A DNA stretch of 43,569 nt from Candidatus Micrarchaeota archaeon (GTDB taxonomy: Archaea > Micrarchaeota > Micrarchaeia > Norongarragalinales > Norongarragalinaceae): the NCBI GenBank assembly GCA_964408425.1, contig CAYOZI010000006.1, positions 1 to 43,569 on the forward strand, read 5' to 3'. This document shows positions 27,638 through 36,540 of the stretch, in pieces. Position 1 is the stretch's first letter, and the number at the start of each line of letters is the position of its first letter. Below the pieces are notes generated by a model that saw only the letters and a program-made list of their open reading frames with translations, did no database searches and had not been told where the DNA came from. A program made the translations under genes and the position numbers.

Positions 27638-27877
27638 TCAAACGCCAAGCGCGTGCTTCAAAGTCGGCTTGTCGAAACCCACGATTATTTTCCCGTCCAC
27701 GTCTATCACAGGCACTCCCATCTGCCCGCTTTTTTCGATCATTTCCGCAGCCGCATCCCTATTGCGCGCCACATCGACTTCTTCGTACTCAACGCCGTTT
27801 TCCTTGAAAAAGCGTTTTGCCAACCCGCAGTAAACGCACGTCGGCGTGGTGTAAATCTTCACGTTATGCTTAGCCAT
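27638..27877 (-). CDS. Glutaredoxin/NrdH-like redoxin
   Basis: IYTTPTCVYC, GQMGVPVI, IVGFD. Confidence 0.93.
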   Translation of the reverse strand: MAKHNVKIYTTPTCVYCGLAKRFFKENGVEYEEVDVARNRDAAAEMIEKSGQMGVPVIDVDGKIIVGFDKPTLKHALGV

Positions 27878-27926
27878 TTTCCAAACCACCGTTTTTTCAC
27901 AGAGAACGCAAAAAGAGAAAAACGGT

Positions 27927-27968
27927 TCAGCAACAGCCGTCGCCGCAACCGCAACCAGGACCTTGCAT
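27927..27968 (-). CDS. 13-aa micro-ORF MQGPGCGCGDGCC (not in ORF track)
   Basis: SD GGGTGA 6 nt upstream; first ORF after a TATA box (28006-28015); upstream of glutaredoxin. Confidence 0.6.
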   Translation of the reverse strand: MQGPGCGCGDGCC

Positions 27969-27979
27969 TAAAAATCACC

Positions 27980-27997
27980 CAGAATAACGTAATTCTG
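27980..27997. promoter_or_regulatory. Near-perfect palindrome CAGAATAACGTAATTCTG between the TATA box and SD of the 13-aa ORF
   Basis: Outer CAGAAT/ATTCTG and central ACGT symmetric. Confidence 0.45.
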
Positions 27998-28107
27998 CTT
28001 GCAAGTATTTTAAAGTGATCTTTAACGCTGCAACGCAATACGGATAATGTTTTAAAACCGCGCGTCGTTAAAGCAATTGTTCTGTTGAAAAAGAAGGTGG
28101 TGTCAGA

Positions 28108-28308
28108 ATGGAAATAAACAAATACGGCATTATCAGCCTTGTTGTTGGATTGATTTTGTTTTTCGGAACTTACTTCGCAGTTTATTCCGGCGGAAGCGTT
28201 GCCCTCGGAAGCGGCATAATCGCGGTTTTGCTCACCCTATTGTACGGAGGGCTGCTCTGGCTGGGAATATTCTTCTTCCTGATAGGGCTGTTAATGCTAG
28301 TGCTTTAA
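28108..28308 (+). CDS. 66-aa 2-TM membrane protein
   Basis: SD GGTGGTG; hydrophobic. Confidence 0.75.
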   Translation: MEINKYGIISLVVGLILFFGTYFAVYSGGSVALGSGIIAVLLTLLYGGLLWLGIFFFLIGLLMLVL

Positions 28309-28316
28309 ACAACGGC

Positions 28317-28877
28317 TCAGCTAATCAGGTTTCCGTTTACGTCGAGAGCGTAAAGCTTGCTCACTCCGCCCTTATCCCACAGCACTATCCACGAGTCCGC
28401 AGGCAAGCCGACCGCAAACGCCGCCGCTTCGGAAGGAGACAAGGAAGGGCAGTAAGCCGTTTCCTCAAACCAATTTGCGCTAGCGGGGAATGCACACCCG
28501 TAACCGTCGTCTTTTATTCCCAACAAATTCGCGGAATTGATCAACGCCTCTTCGCGATAGAAAAGCTTAGCTCTCGGATAGCAAGCGTCGATGAAAGTTG
28601 CCGGCCTGAAACTCACTGGAGGAAGAGTGTAAAGCCGCCTTTCCGCCGTCGGGCAAGACGAATGGGCGTTGGTGGTAACTAAAACCTCGAAACCCCATTG
28701 TTTCCCGTCGAAAGATGATGCCCCGATAAAACGCGATTCAGCGTTCAAAGAAGAAACGTCTTGCAGAACGAAAGCCCTGGCCTGCTCTTCAGTCAAAGGC
28801 TTGTAAAGCTGTTGCGACAGGGAGTAAAGGAAAAGAATGACGAACATCAAAGCGATTAACGCAAAGTAATTGCGCAT
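28317..28877 (-). CDS. Membrane-anchored exported hypothetical protein (4 Cys)
   Basis: N-terminal TM; end of the pilus gene run. Confidence 0.8.
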   Translation of the reverse strand: MRNYFALIALMFVILFLYSLSQQLYKPLTEEQARAFVLQDVSSLNAESRFIGASSFDGKQWGFEVLVTTNAHSSCPTAERRLYTLPPVSFRPATFIDACYPRAKLFYREEALINSANLLGIKDDGYGCAFPASANWFEETAYCPSLSPSEAAAFAVGLPADSWIVLWDKGGVSKLYALDVNGNLIS

Positions 28878-28957
28878 TTCTTACACCACTCCACCATTCA
28901 AAAAACGATTAAGGAACGTGAGATTAAAGAACTTGCGGTTTTGCTTTCAAAACCAGC

Positions 28958-29491
28958 CTAGCAGGATAAGGAAAAGTCCGGAGTCTCGCCGTCGATTCTC
29001 ATGGAAAAGCCGGTGACAACCCCGCCTCCGGATGTTTGGGTTATTACTACGTTCTTGGAGAAAATCCAAGACTCGTTTTTAGAAAAGAAGTTCGCACCCC
29101 CAAGAGAAAAAGACGCAAGAGACGCGGTTCCGGAAACGGCGTCTGCCGCACACTCAAGAGGCAACGGGGATAAAATCCAATAAACCCGCACTATGGAATC
29201 GTTCAGCACGACGCCCGCAGGCCTATATGAGGCAAAACGCGAGTCGAAACCGGCGGTGCCGCAAAAGTCTGGCGAAAGGTTGCAACCTACGGTTGAAGCC
29301 GAATCCAAAATCGCGTCGTTCAGCGTGGCGTTCAGGAAATCCTTGGAATCGGCCGCCTTTTCAGCCACCAGCCTCGAGTGGAGTGCCGCGTTTTCGAAGC
29401 CGCTTTGCCTCACTTGCAAAGACGATGCTAGGAAAACCAACGCCAAAACCACCAGCCCCGCGAAAGCCGCTGAAGCGAACCCCTTTTTCAT
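28958..29491 (-). CDS. Minor pilin-like protein (class III signal peptide KKG/FASAAF)
   Basis: Basic leader plus hydrophobic helix; in pilin run. Confidence 0.7.
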   Translation of the reverse strand: MKKGFASAAFAGLVVLALVFLASSLQVRQSGFENAALHSRLVAEKAADSKDFLNATLNDAILDSASTVGCNLSPDFCGTAGFDSRFASYRPAGVVLNDSIVRVYWILSPLPLECAADAVSGTASLASFSLGGANFFSKNESWIFSKNVVITQTSGGGVVTGFSMRIDGETPDFSLSC

Positions 29492-29493
29492 GG

Positions 29494-29826
29494 TCAAGGC
29501 GTCACCGTAACGTTGAAAACCCCGAAATCATCCTGCTGCGAAAAACAGTCCGGGGGGGCAGGATTAACGCAAAAACGATAGGCGGTCACGGAAGAAGAAA
29601 CGTTCGCCAAAGGCGTTTTCGAGGAATTGAAGCCCGTAAGCGAAGCGAAATCTGGAGAAAGCCCCTGCTGGTACGTCAAAACCAAAAAATCCCTTCCCAA
29701 CTGGTGCATTTCCAACAACCCCGCTGTCGAAGGCGTCGAAGAAACTACGACCGCGTAAGACAAGAGCATCACTAAAGTCAACGCCAGCAGCGCGTCAATA
29801 GTAAGGAAAAACGCCTTCAAGGACAA
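29494..29826 (-). CDS. Minor pilin-like protein (KA/FFLTIDALLAL)
   Basis: Class III signal-like N-terminus, D+6. Confidence 0.75.
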   Translation of the reverse strand: MSLKAFFLTIDALLALTLVMLLSYAVVVSSTPSTAGLLEMHQLGRDFLVLTYQQGLSPDFASLTGFNSSKTPLANVSSSVTAYRFCVNPAPPDCFSQQDDFGVFNVTVTP

Positions 29827-30149
29827 ACACCCACCCTCAACAACTTCGCGCCCTGGTATGAAACCAGCCGCCTGGTGAAAACCTTTTCACTCCCGCCAAC
29901 GCAAGCGTCGCAAACGATTTCGCTTCCCGATACGGAGCACCCCAAAGAAACGGGGTCGGTTCCGGAATAAATCTGGTTGAAGTAATCCGACGCGATTGCA
30001 AAGGAAGAAGCGTTTCCCACGGTTTCAAACGAATTCCGCTGGATTGCCGAAAAAGAATTGAGCCACAACCCCAACACCAGAGTCAACACTCCCACCGCGA
30101 TCAGGAAATCCACGCTGAAAAGCTGCCCGCGCTTTAGCAAATCAAGCAC
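29817..30149 (-). CDS. Minor pilin-like protein (KRG/QLFSVDF)
   Basis: Class III signal peptide. Confidence 0.8.
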   Translation of the reverse strand: MLDLLKRGQLFSVDFLIAVGVLTLVLGLWLNSFSAIQRNSFETVGNASSFAIASDYFNQIYSGTDPVSLGCSVSGSEIVCDACVGGSEKVFTRRLVSYQGAKLLRVGVCP

Positions 30150-30576
30150 CCTTCAAAACCAAAACCTTGCTTTCGCTTCCAACGAACTTTATCGAACCCG
30201 CGTTTTCACCCGAACAATCGAACCTGAACACCCTATCCGAACCCCCGAGCCCTAACTCAAAAGGAACGGTTACGCTCTTGTCTTCCGACGGGACGAGAGT
30301 CCGCACCGTAATCGTCCTGTCGTCGGGAATGTCAACCCAAAACGGAATTCGCTCCCCCTTCAGGCTAAAGCAAGGCAAGGCGAAAACGACCGTTTCCTGG
30401 GAAGCGAACGACTCGCCGGCCAAAAACGCCAGTTGATGCGCCAGCGAATTCTGCTGGGCGTAAAGCAAGTCGGATGAACTGAATTGCTGGTAGTAATTGT
30501 TCAGCCAAAACAAGGTTATGGCGAACAACCCCAAAACCAAGAACAATTCCAGCGAAAGCTGCCCGCGCAATTTCAT
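30142..30576 (-). CDS. Minor pilin-like protein (RG/QLSLE)
   Basis: QxSxE class III motif. Confidence 0.85.
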   Translation of the reverse strand: MKLRGQLSLELFLVLGLFAITLFWLNNYYQQFSSSDLLYAQQNSLAHQLAFLAGESFASQETVVFALPCFSLKGERIPFWVDIPDDRTITVRTLVPSEDKSVTVPFELGLGGSDRVFRFDCSGENAGSIKFVGSESKVLVLKGA

Positions 30577-30625
30577 GAAAACCATTACCGCGCCATAGTT
30601 TTAAAACGCAATCCGAACGGCTTAT

Positions 30626-31780
30626 TCAAAACAGCGCTATTCCGAAGAAAAAACACAACGACGGGATAATCAAACAGCCCATCAGGCTGCTTTTGTTCAC
30701 TCCGATAATCCCGCAAGCCAAACCCAAAGCCGACGCAGTAGCCAGAACCGCCAGCCCCGCGCCCCCGCCCAAAACGAAAGACGCTATTGAAACGAAGGCG
30801 GCGATTGAAACGAAGAAAAGTTTTCCTGGCCTTATTCCCGAAAGCAGCCTGGAAAAAACCGAAACCACCGCCAAAGCCGCGAACAAGGCGATCGAAGCGG
30901 CTATCAACGCAGCCAACAGGTTTGGAAAAACGGATAATTCTTCCGAAGCGAACGCCACGGCTCCGGACCTGGCCTTCCCGATGAGGAAAAACGAGGCGAA
31001 ATCGAAAAAGTTTTTCGAGACCACTACAGCCGCGCTCGCCTCCAGGAAAGTTTTTTCCTTCTCAGTGGAATCGAAAACCAAAAACAACATGGAAATGAGG
31101 AAAGCCGGAGTCAGCGCAGGAAGAACGCCTGAAAACGCGCCGAGCAAAACCCCGGCGAAAACCGTTTTCAAGCCTATTTTTACCGCTCCCGCTTCGGCTT
31201 GGGCTTTCGGAAGGGAAGCGTTGAAGGCGAAAAACAACGCTGGAATGCCGAACAAGCCCGACAGCAATGGAAACAACGGTTCCGCAACCAACGGTTTAGT
31301 CAAAACCACCAGCCCCACAAGCCCGCTCGCGGAAAAAACCAGGACGGTTTCAAACAACCGTTCTTTCGAAGCCAACGACAACAAGACTATCAAAGCCAGC
31401 GCGAAGCCCGCTACGGGCTTGACCAGGCTGAATGCAAACGGAAGGGAAAGGAAAACCAGCGGAAGGGAAAGAATGGAGAAAACCATTGCGAAAAACATCG
31501 AGTGGATCAAGATTTTCAAGGCGAAAAACCCTTTTCCCTCGAGAAAAAGCTTTTGGGAAGGCAGCAGCGCCGCCCCGAAGGAAGCGGACGGGACGATGAA
31601 AAAAACCGTGGGGATTGTTTCGAAAACGGTTTTGGAAAACGTCAACGCCGAGGCGAAAACCGCCTTGGAAAAACCCGCGGGGAAAAAAGGCTGGAATACC
31701 TGCAAAAGAAAATTGACGTGCAGGAAAGCGAACAAGCCTGTGAACCCCGCAGCGAAGCCCGCCAGCAATTCCTCAAACAA
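30626..31780 (-). CDS. TctA/DUF112-family polytopic membrane protein (archaeal type)
   Basis: FTGL...LHVN, IPTVF..VP, ALLPSQKLFLEGKG, PLLSGLFGIP, GKARSG, MG.LIIP; start TTG 31780. Confidence 0.85.
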   Translation of the reverse strand: MFEELLAGFAAGFTGLFAFLHVNFLLQVFQPFFPAGFSKAVFASALTFSKTVFETIPTVFFIVPSASFGAALLPSQKLFLEGKGFFALKILIHSMFFAMVFSILSLPLVFLSLPFAFSLVKPVAGFALALIVLLSLASKERLFETVLVFSASGLVGLVVLTKPLVAEPLFPLLSGLFGIPALFFAFNASLPKAQAEAGAVKIGLKTVFAGVLLGAFSGVLPALTPAFLISMLFLVFDSTEKEKTFLEASAAVVVSKNFFDFASFFLIGKARSGAVAFASEELSVFPNLLAALIAASIALFAALAVVSVFSRLLSGIRPGKLFFVSIAAFVSIASFVLGGGAGLAVLATASALGLACGIIGVNKSSLMGCLIIPSLCFFFGIALF

Positions 31781-31793
31781 CCGAACACCAGTT

Positions 31794-32147
31794 TTACGAA
31801 GACAGCACTTCAACCGAACCAGCGATTATTTCCAACTCGCCGTTATACTCCTTCACGCTACCCTCGACCGCAACCCGCCACCCTTGCCTGACCGAAAAGG
31901 CTTTTTTGAAATCCATTATTTTCACGCAGTTGGAATAACAAAGGTCGAAAGAATTGAACGAAGAGCCCTGGAAAACGCTTGAAACCATCCCTTTAACCAA
32001 AACGATTTTCCCCACGTCTTCGCCGGACAATCCGTTCAAGCTTTTTTCAACCGGCTTTAGGGATAAGGAGAGGAAGAACAGCGCCATTACTCCCAAAACG
32101 GCGAAGAAAAGGCAGAACGCCAGAAGTTGAGAGTCTTCCAAAAACAA
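31794..32147 (-). CDS. Membrane-anchored OB-fold nucleic-acid-binding-like protein
   Basis: N-terminal TM; DVGKIVLVKGMVSSV...VAVEGSVKEYNGELEIIA. Confidence 0.8.
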   Translation of the reverse strand: MFLEDSQLLAFCLFFAVLGVMALFFLSLSLKPVEKSLNGLSGEDVGKIVLVKGMVSSVFQGSSFNSFDLCYSNCVKIMDFKKAFSVRQGWRVAVEGSVKEYNGELEIIAGSVEVLSS

Positions 32148-32156
32148 CTACCCGCA

Positions 32157-32516
32157 TTACGATTGGAAAGAAAAACAGTATTCCTTCGAAGCCCGGAAAC
32201 AATTATCCCGGATTTCGGAATTAGGGGAAGTGACGTTTTTCGCCCCTTCCACGATCTTCTCACGCCAATCTACAGGAACGGACGGGACGGAAGGGAAAAA
32301 AACAGGGTTTACGGAAACGGAATTGCCGTTCACGGAATAATCCAGCTTCTGCAAAACCACGCCGTTCTCCAAAGCGATTTTCTCCCCCGCGGTCCTGGCG
32401 GCGGTCAAAACCACGTTCAACTCCATCTCGCGAAAGGCGGTTGCGATTGCAAAAACGGCTAGGGCCATCACCATGGAAAGAATGAAAACGAATTCCACTC
32501 CAGCCTGGGCTTTCAA
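32157..32516 (-). CDS. Minor pilin-like protein (KA/QAGVEF)
   Basis: Class III signal, E+5. Confidence 0.85.
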   Translation of the reverse strand: MKAQAGVEFVFILSMVMALAVFAIATAFREMELNVVLTAARTAGEKIALENGVVLQKLDYSVNGNSVSVNPVFFPSVPSVPVDWREKIVEGAKNVTSPNSEIRDNCFRASKEYCFSFQS

Positions 32517-32529
32517 AAATCATGCACCT

Positions 32530-32991
32530 TCAAGGTTGAACGCACGAAACCGAAATTCCGGCGCCAGTGTTTTCGATTGAAACAACAGCCCACCCAGCCG
32601 GAACGGGCGAACAGCCGGACAAAACGATTCTGGAAGGCGGGGTGACGAGCGTCAGACCCAAAACCCGTTCTTTGCCGCCAGTAATTTCTTGCAAAAACTC
32701 CGAAGAAACAGTGCAGTAGAATTTGCGTTCAACACCATCAAGGTAAAAACAGTTCGAATTGGGAGAAACGAAGATTTCCCTGCTCAAAACGCTTCCCTCT
32801 CCGCTCAAGAAAACGAAATCCACAGCCTGGGAAAGCGCGTCCACGCCCGATTTCGAAACAACCGCGTCGTTCAACACGCGCGTCTTCCCTATTTCCCCGG
32901 AAGCGGAGCCGTACAAGATTACGATGAAAGCCACGACTACGCTTAAAACCAGGAAAAACTCCACGCCGATTTGCGATTTTTTCCACTTCAA
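32530..32991 (-). CDS. Minor pilin-like protein (KKS/QIGVEF)
   Basis: Class III signal, E+5; TTG start overlapping the peptidase stop. Confidence 0.8.
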   Translation of the reverse strand: MKWKKSQIGVEFFLVLSVVVAFIVILYGSASGEIGKTRVLNDAVVSKSGVDALSQAVDFVFLSGEGSVLSREIFVSPNSNCFYLDGVERKFYCTVSSEFLQEITGGKERVLGLTLVTPPSRIVLSGCSPVPAGWAVVSIENTGAGISVSCVQP

Positions 32992-33623
32992 ACGAAAAAC
33001 ACCGTTATTGCGAATCCAACGCCCAAAAACGGCGCGAAAACCCACGGTTCGCGCGTCAACAACCATTTCACTCCCAGCTTTTTTAAGCGTATTATTTCCC
33101 TTGCATCCAAACCCCTCGCCAAGCGCGCGTCAGCAACGACGTTTTTTCCCTTCAACGAAAAATAATGAGGAAACCCTATTTTCACGGACTTACCTTCCAC
33201 AACTACTACCGACTCCGCAGGAATCAAACCCTCCCTCAATTTTGAAACAAGCGTGTTCCTAACGCCGCTCCCCCAAGCCAAGTAAAACAACGCCAACAAA
33301 GCAACTGACGAAACAAACCACGCACCCAAGGCAAGCGGGCTGGTTTTCCCGAGCAACGGGAAGAACGCGGATAAAGAGGCGAAAAACTTGGCGTCCCCTC
33401 CCGCCCAAACGCCGAGCTTGAACAAAACCACTGCGAAGGCGAACGAAACCAAGGCTAAAACCAGCGATTGGGAGAAAACGCCTTGAAGCCACGCCAAGAC
33501 AAGAGCTAAAAGAAAGAAAAATGCGTTAAGCCAATCCGGAATCCGTTTTTCTTTCAAGTCGAAAAAACCGGAGGAAAGAATGAAGGCTAAAACTGAAATC
33601 CAAACGAAAACCGGAGAAGGCAC
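32988..33623 (-). CDS. Prepilin peptidase, A24 family (EppA/FlaK-like)
   Basis: DLKEKRIPD, GVWAGGDAK, PWVFAPF. Confidence 0.9.
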   Translation of the reverse strand: MPSPVFVWISVLAFILSSGFFDLKEKRIPDWLNAFFFLLALVLAWLQGVFSQSLVLALVSFAFAVVLFKLGVWAGGDAKFFASLSAFFPLLGKTSPLALGAWFVSSVALLALFYLAWGSGVRNTLVSKLREGLIPAESVVVVEGKSVKIGFPHYFSLKGKNVVADARLARGLDAREIIRLKKLGVKWLLTREPWVFAPFLGVGFAITVFFV

Positions 33624-33637
33624 TGGAAACCCGTTTT

Positions 33638-33805
33638 TCAGCTTATGAGCATTGCAATAGCCTGGTTTCTCGTCTGCTCGACTCCCGCGAGAATGCTGGA
33701 TGCGAAACTATTAACGTAAAAAGCGAGGGTGAAGCCTACGACGATTATAAAAAGACCCAAGGCCACCAGGAGGATGTACTCCACGGCGGCCTGAGCTTTC
33801 TTCAC
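33638..33805 (-). CDS. 55-aa micro-pilin MKKA/QAAVEYILLVALG... (not in ORF track)
   Basis: GTG start with SD GAGTGA, E+5/Y+6, hydrophobic helix. Confidence 0.85.
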   Translation of the reverse strand: MKKAQAAVEYILLVALGLFIIVVGFTLAFYVNSFASSILAGVEQTRNQAIAMLIS

Positions 33806-33834
33806 GAAAAATCACTCGACATTATATATATAGT

Positions 33835-34161
33835 TCAAGCCGGCTTGTCGCCGCACAAGGCAGTGCCATCAGGTTCTGACGCACCGCCGTTGTCGTGGTT
33901 TCCTCCACCCGCAGTCAGAGCGACATCACAGTCAGCGCTAACGCTTACTGATCCGCTGGACAACCAACTTCCGTCAGTATCGTAGCAAGCCCCACTTCTC
34001 GTCAAGACCGCCAAGCAACCTTGATAAGCCGTCTCGGTGGAAGCGCTTTGGAAAATTCCTCCCCTGAGCAGAACTATGGCCAAAACCACGATCAGCAGTA
34101 TTCCCGCCAAAAGCAGGATGTACTCAAACATTCCCTGTCCTTTCTTCTCCACTACAACCAC
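33835..34161 (-). CDS. Probable major pilin (KKG/QGMFEY), 4-Cys C-terminal domain
   Basis: Class III signal; own TATA-like box at ~34201-34209. Confidence 0.85.
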   Translation of the reverse strand: MVVVEKKGQGMFEYILLLAGILLIVVLAIVLLRGGIFQSASTETAYQGCLAVLTRSGACYDTDGSWLSSGSVSVSADCDVALTAGGGNHDNGGASEPDGTALCGDKPA

Positions 34162-34219
34162 CCCTTAAATCAAAACGACGTTTTCCATTACTCGTGAAGA
34201 GTATAAAAACTATTAACCT

Positions 34220-34396
34220 TCAACCGCCTCGAATGGTGGCGGTCAGGTTTTTGAGCGTGTCTGCAGACTGGCCTATGTCCTGTTGAGCCGGGTTGAAAAT
34301 CCCGCCGCGAATCAAGACTGTTATCAACACGACTAGCACTAGAATCCCTGCTATCAAAAACAGGTACTCGGTCGTAGTCTGCCCCTTGCGTTTCAC
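34220..34396 (-). CDS. 58-aa micro-pilin MKRKG/QTTTEYLFLIAG... (not in ORF track)
   Basis: GTGA overlap with upstream pilin; shares the AGIL...RGGIF segment with the 33835 pilin. Confidence 0.85.
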   Translation of the reverse strand: MKRKGQTTTEYLFLIAGILVLVVLITVLIRGGIFNPAQQDIGQSADTLKNLTATIRGG

Positions 34397-34521
34397 GCCA
34401 AAACCCTCGTCTTGATGAAATAGCCTATAGCCGTTATCAAAGCGACGACGAAAGCTATCAACAACGCGTACTCTATGGTGGTCTGCCCCCTCTCCCTATT
34501 TCCGCCCTTTCTCTTCAGCAT
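34393..34521 (-). CDS. 42-aa micro-pilin ...RG/QTTIEYALLIA (30 aa mature)
   Basis: ATG overlapping the end of the TadC-like gene; Flp-like EY motif. Confidence 0.8.
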   Translation of the reverse strand: MLKRKGGNRERGQTTIEYALLIAFVVALITAIGYFIKTRVLA

Positions 34522-35444
34522 ACCAAACCAACTCCTCCGACGATCGCGTTGCTCGCCCACTTTGCCGCTTCGAAAATCAACAGCGTCACCAGTACAACAA
34601 CCGGCACATACAATATATACTTTCCAGCCCTCCCGTTCCGGACAATTCCGATTGCGGCAGCCGCAATCAGCGCCTGGACAATCAGGAAAACCGTGAAAGT
34701 ATTGTTCAAAGAGCAAGAGTCGATCGGCTTGGCGTTTGGCAAGGCGCGAATCATGTTCTCGGCAATGAACTGGATGACGCTCAACGCAAAACCGAAAATG
34801 AACGGGGCGATCACCATGCTTGCTGCAACAAGGAAAATCACGTGCATAGTCGTCCTTGAAATCCTCTCGCGCTGGATGTGCAGAATGTCCTTGGCATCGT
34901 CTGCAATAGCGAACATCACATCGGCCAAACCAGCGCCCGCCCTCTTGGCATCGGCAATTATGGACACCGTCCGCTTAAACAAAATCGAACCGCTCTCTTC
35001 GGCAGTATCAAGGAAAACGACGTCGAAAGTCTGCCCCCGGCGAAGCCTCGATAACGCCCCCTTCAAATCCGCCCCCAAAGGCCCGTAACCCTCGCTGTCC
35101 GCCACTTCATCCAGCGCGTTCTCCACCGTCCCCCCCGCCTTCAAAACCAGCGCCATGTGCTTTAATGCGTCCGGCAAGTGCATTTCCACCGAAGCAATGC
35201 GGTTTTGCCTCATCGTCAAAGGAATGCTCACGGCAAAACTTAAAATCGCCAAAAACGAAATCGACGATTCCAGCAAACTCAGCTTCAACGCCGACAGCAA
35301 AAGGAAAACGCCCAACCCCAACGCCGCAAACCCGATTACGAAAGTTTCAAACGAAAACCCGAATCCCGTAGCCGCATAGTACACCCTCAAATTATCGTAA
35401 TTCTCCCCGAACCACTCTTGAATTGCATTGAAGTTGAAATCCAT
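34515..35444 (-). CDS. Type IV pilus platform protein (T2SS-F/TadC-like)
   Basis: LPDALKHMA..LKAG, YGPLG, GAGLADV; TM helices. Confidence 0.9.
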   Translation of the reverse strand: MDFNFNAIQEWFGENYDNLRVYYAATGFGFSFETFVIGFAALGLGVFLLLSALKLSLLESSISFLAILSFAVSIPLTMRQNRIASVEMHLPDALKHMALVLKAGGTVENALDEVADSEGYGPLGADLKGALSRLRRGQTFDVVFLDTAEESGSILFKRTVSIIADAKRAGAGLADVMFAIADDAKDILHIQRERISRTTMHVIFLVAASMVIAPFIFGFALSVIQFIAENMIRALPNAKPIDSCSLNNTFTVFLIVQALIAAAAIGIVRNGRAGKYILYVPVVVLVTLLIFEAAKWASNAIVGGVGLVC

Positions 35445-35455
35445 TTTTACCACTG

Positions 35456-36502
35456 CTACCAAGCTGCCGGCTCCATTTTCTTCGTCACGTACAAAATCAC
35501 GAGCATTAACGTCACGCTCAACCCGAAACCCGCGAAAACGAACCACGAGGGAATCGTGCCGGCAAACAACGGAATTTGAAGGATGGCTGCGAGAATCGCT
35601 ATTGCAACGGGCATCACCACGCCCACCATGATGTAGAGAATGTTCACGAAATTCAGTTTTTCAGTGAAATCGCGGATTTGCTGGCGCGTTTCGAAAGAAA
35701 CATCGTCCGCGATTTCCGAAATGATTACGGACAAGTTGCCGCCAGAACGCATTGCACGGATTATCTGCAAAATGGCTTTCCTTAAACCAACCGATTTGTT
35801 CCTCCTCTCCAAAGCCCTCAACGCCTCTTCCGTGCTCAAACCCGAATCCAAATCCCTGGCCACTTTCCCCAATTCTGTGCTGAGCAACCCGTACTCCGCC
35901 TTTTCCAAAGAACCGAGCGACTTGTAAAAACTCAAGCCCGCCTTCAACTGCGTGGACAACTGCCTCAACGCGAACGGAAGGGAGCGGTCTATCTGCGCTG
36001 CCCTGTCGTTCGCCTTCATCACGGGATAAAGCAAAACCAAAACCGCCGAAAGAATGAACACTATAACGGCGATTACCGGGCTTACCAAAAGCGAAAGCGC
36101 GTTGTTCAGGGAAACTGAAGAAACGGCCAGGATGATGAAAGTAAAAACGCCCAGAAACAACGACAACGCGGAAGCGAAAATCAAGTAGGTTTCAGCGCTG
36201 AATTTCAAACCACCCGCTTCCAAATTCTTTTCCAACTCCTTAACCAACGGAAAGTTCGACAGGAACTTCGCAATGCTTTCAACCGGGCCCGTAAAAGAAG
36301 AGTAAAAACGCCCCACAGCGGCAAACAAGCCCGTTTCCTCCCCGAACTCGACGTTCTTGAAATCGAGCTTCATCTTCGCTCCTTCAGGAACCTCGTCTTT
36401 CGGCTTGAACTTGGAAATGATTTTCTCCAAAAGCTTGCCCTGCTTTTCCTCGTTGCGCACTATGTCGCTCAAACGCTTTATTTTCTCCTTGCCGAAAGCC
36501 AT
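35456..36502 (-). CDS. Type IV pilus platform protein (T2SS-F/TadB-C-like)
   Basis: IDRSLPFALRQLSTQLKAG, YGLLS.E, RSGGNLS. Confidence 0.9.
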   Translation of the reverse strand: MAFGKEKIKRLSDIVRNEEKQGKLLEKIISKFKPKDEVPEGAKMKLDFKNVEFGEETGLFAAVGRFYSSFTGPVESIAKFLSNFPLVKELEKNLEAGGLKFSAETYLIFASALSLFLGVFTFIILAVSSVSLNNALSLLVSPVIAVIVFILSAVLVLLYPVMKANDRAAQIDRSLPFALRQLSTQLKAGLSFYKSLGSLEKAEYGLLSTELGKVARDLDSGLSTEEALRALERRNKSVGLRKAILQIIRAMRSGGNLSVIISEIADDVSFETRQQIRDFTEKLNFVNILYIMVGVVMPVAIAILAAILQIPLFAGTIPSWFVFAGFGLSVTLMLVILYVTKKMEPAAW

Positions 36503-36540
36503 AATCCGTTTTACCTTTTGTCCTTTTTAACCAAAACAAA

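Noticed and set aside
27999-28013. TTGCA-AGTAT-TTTAA as a fifth BlaI-type operator
   Set aside because: Two mismatches, and the right half is simply the TATA box
11425-28015. Metal island as a mobile element
   Set aside because: No integrase, transposase, tRNA site or flanking direct repeats seen; bacterial-type content suggests old transfer at most
27074-28018. 314-aa plus-strand ORF
   Set aside because: Out-of-frame overlap of FTR1 and antisense to glutaredoxin; no protein-like features
30693-31982. 429-aa plus-strand ORF
   Set aside because: Antisense shadow of the hydrophobic TctA-like gene; K/A/N-rich mirror composition with no motifs
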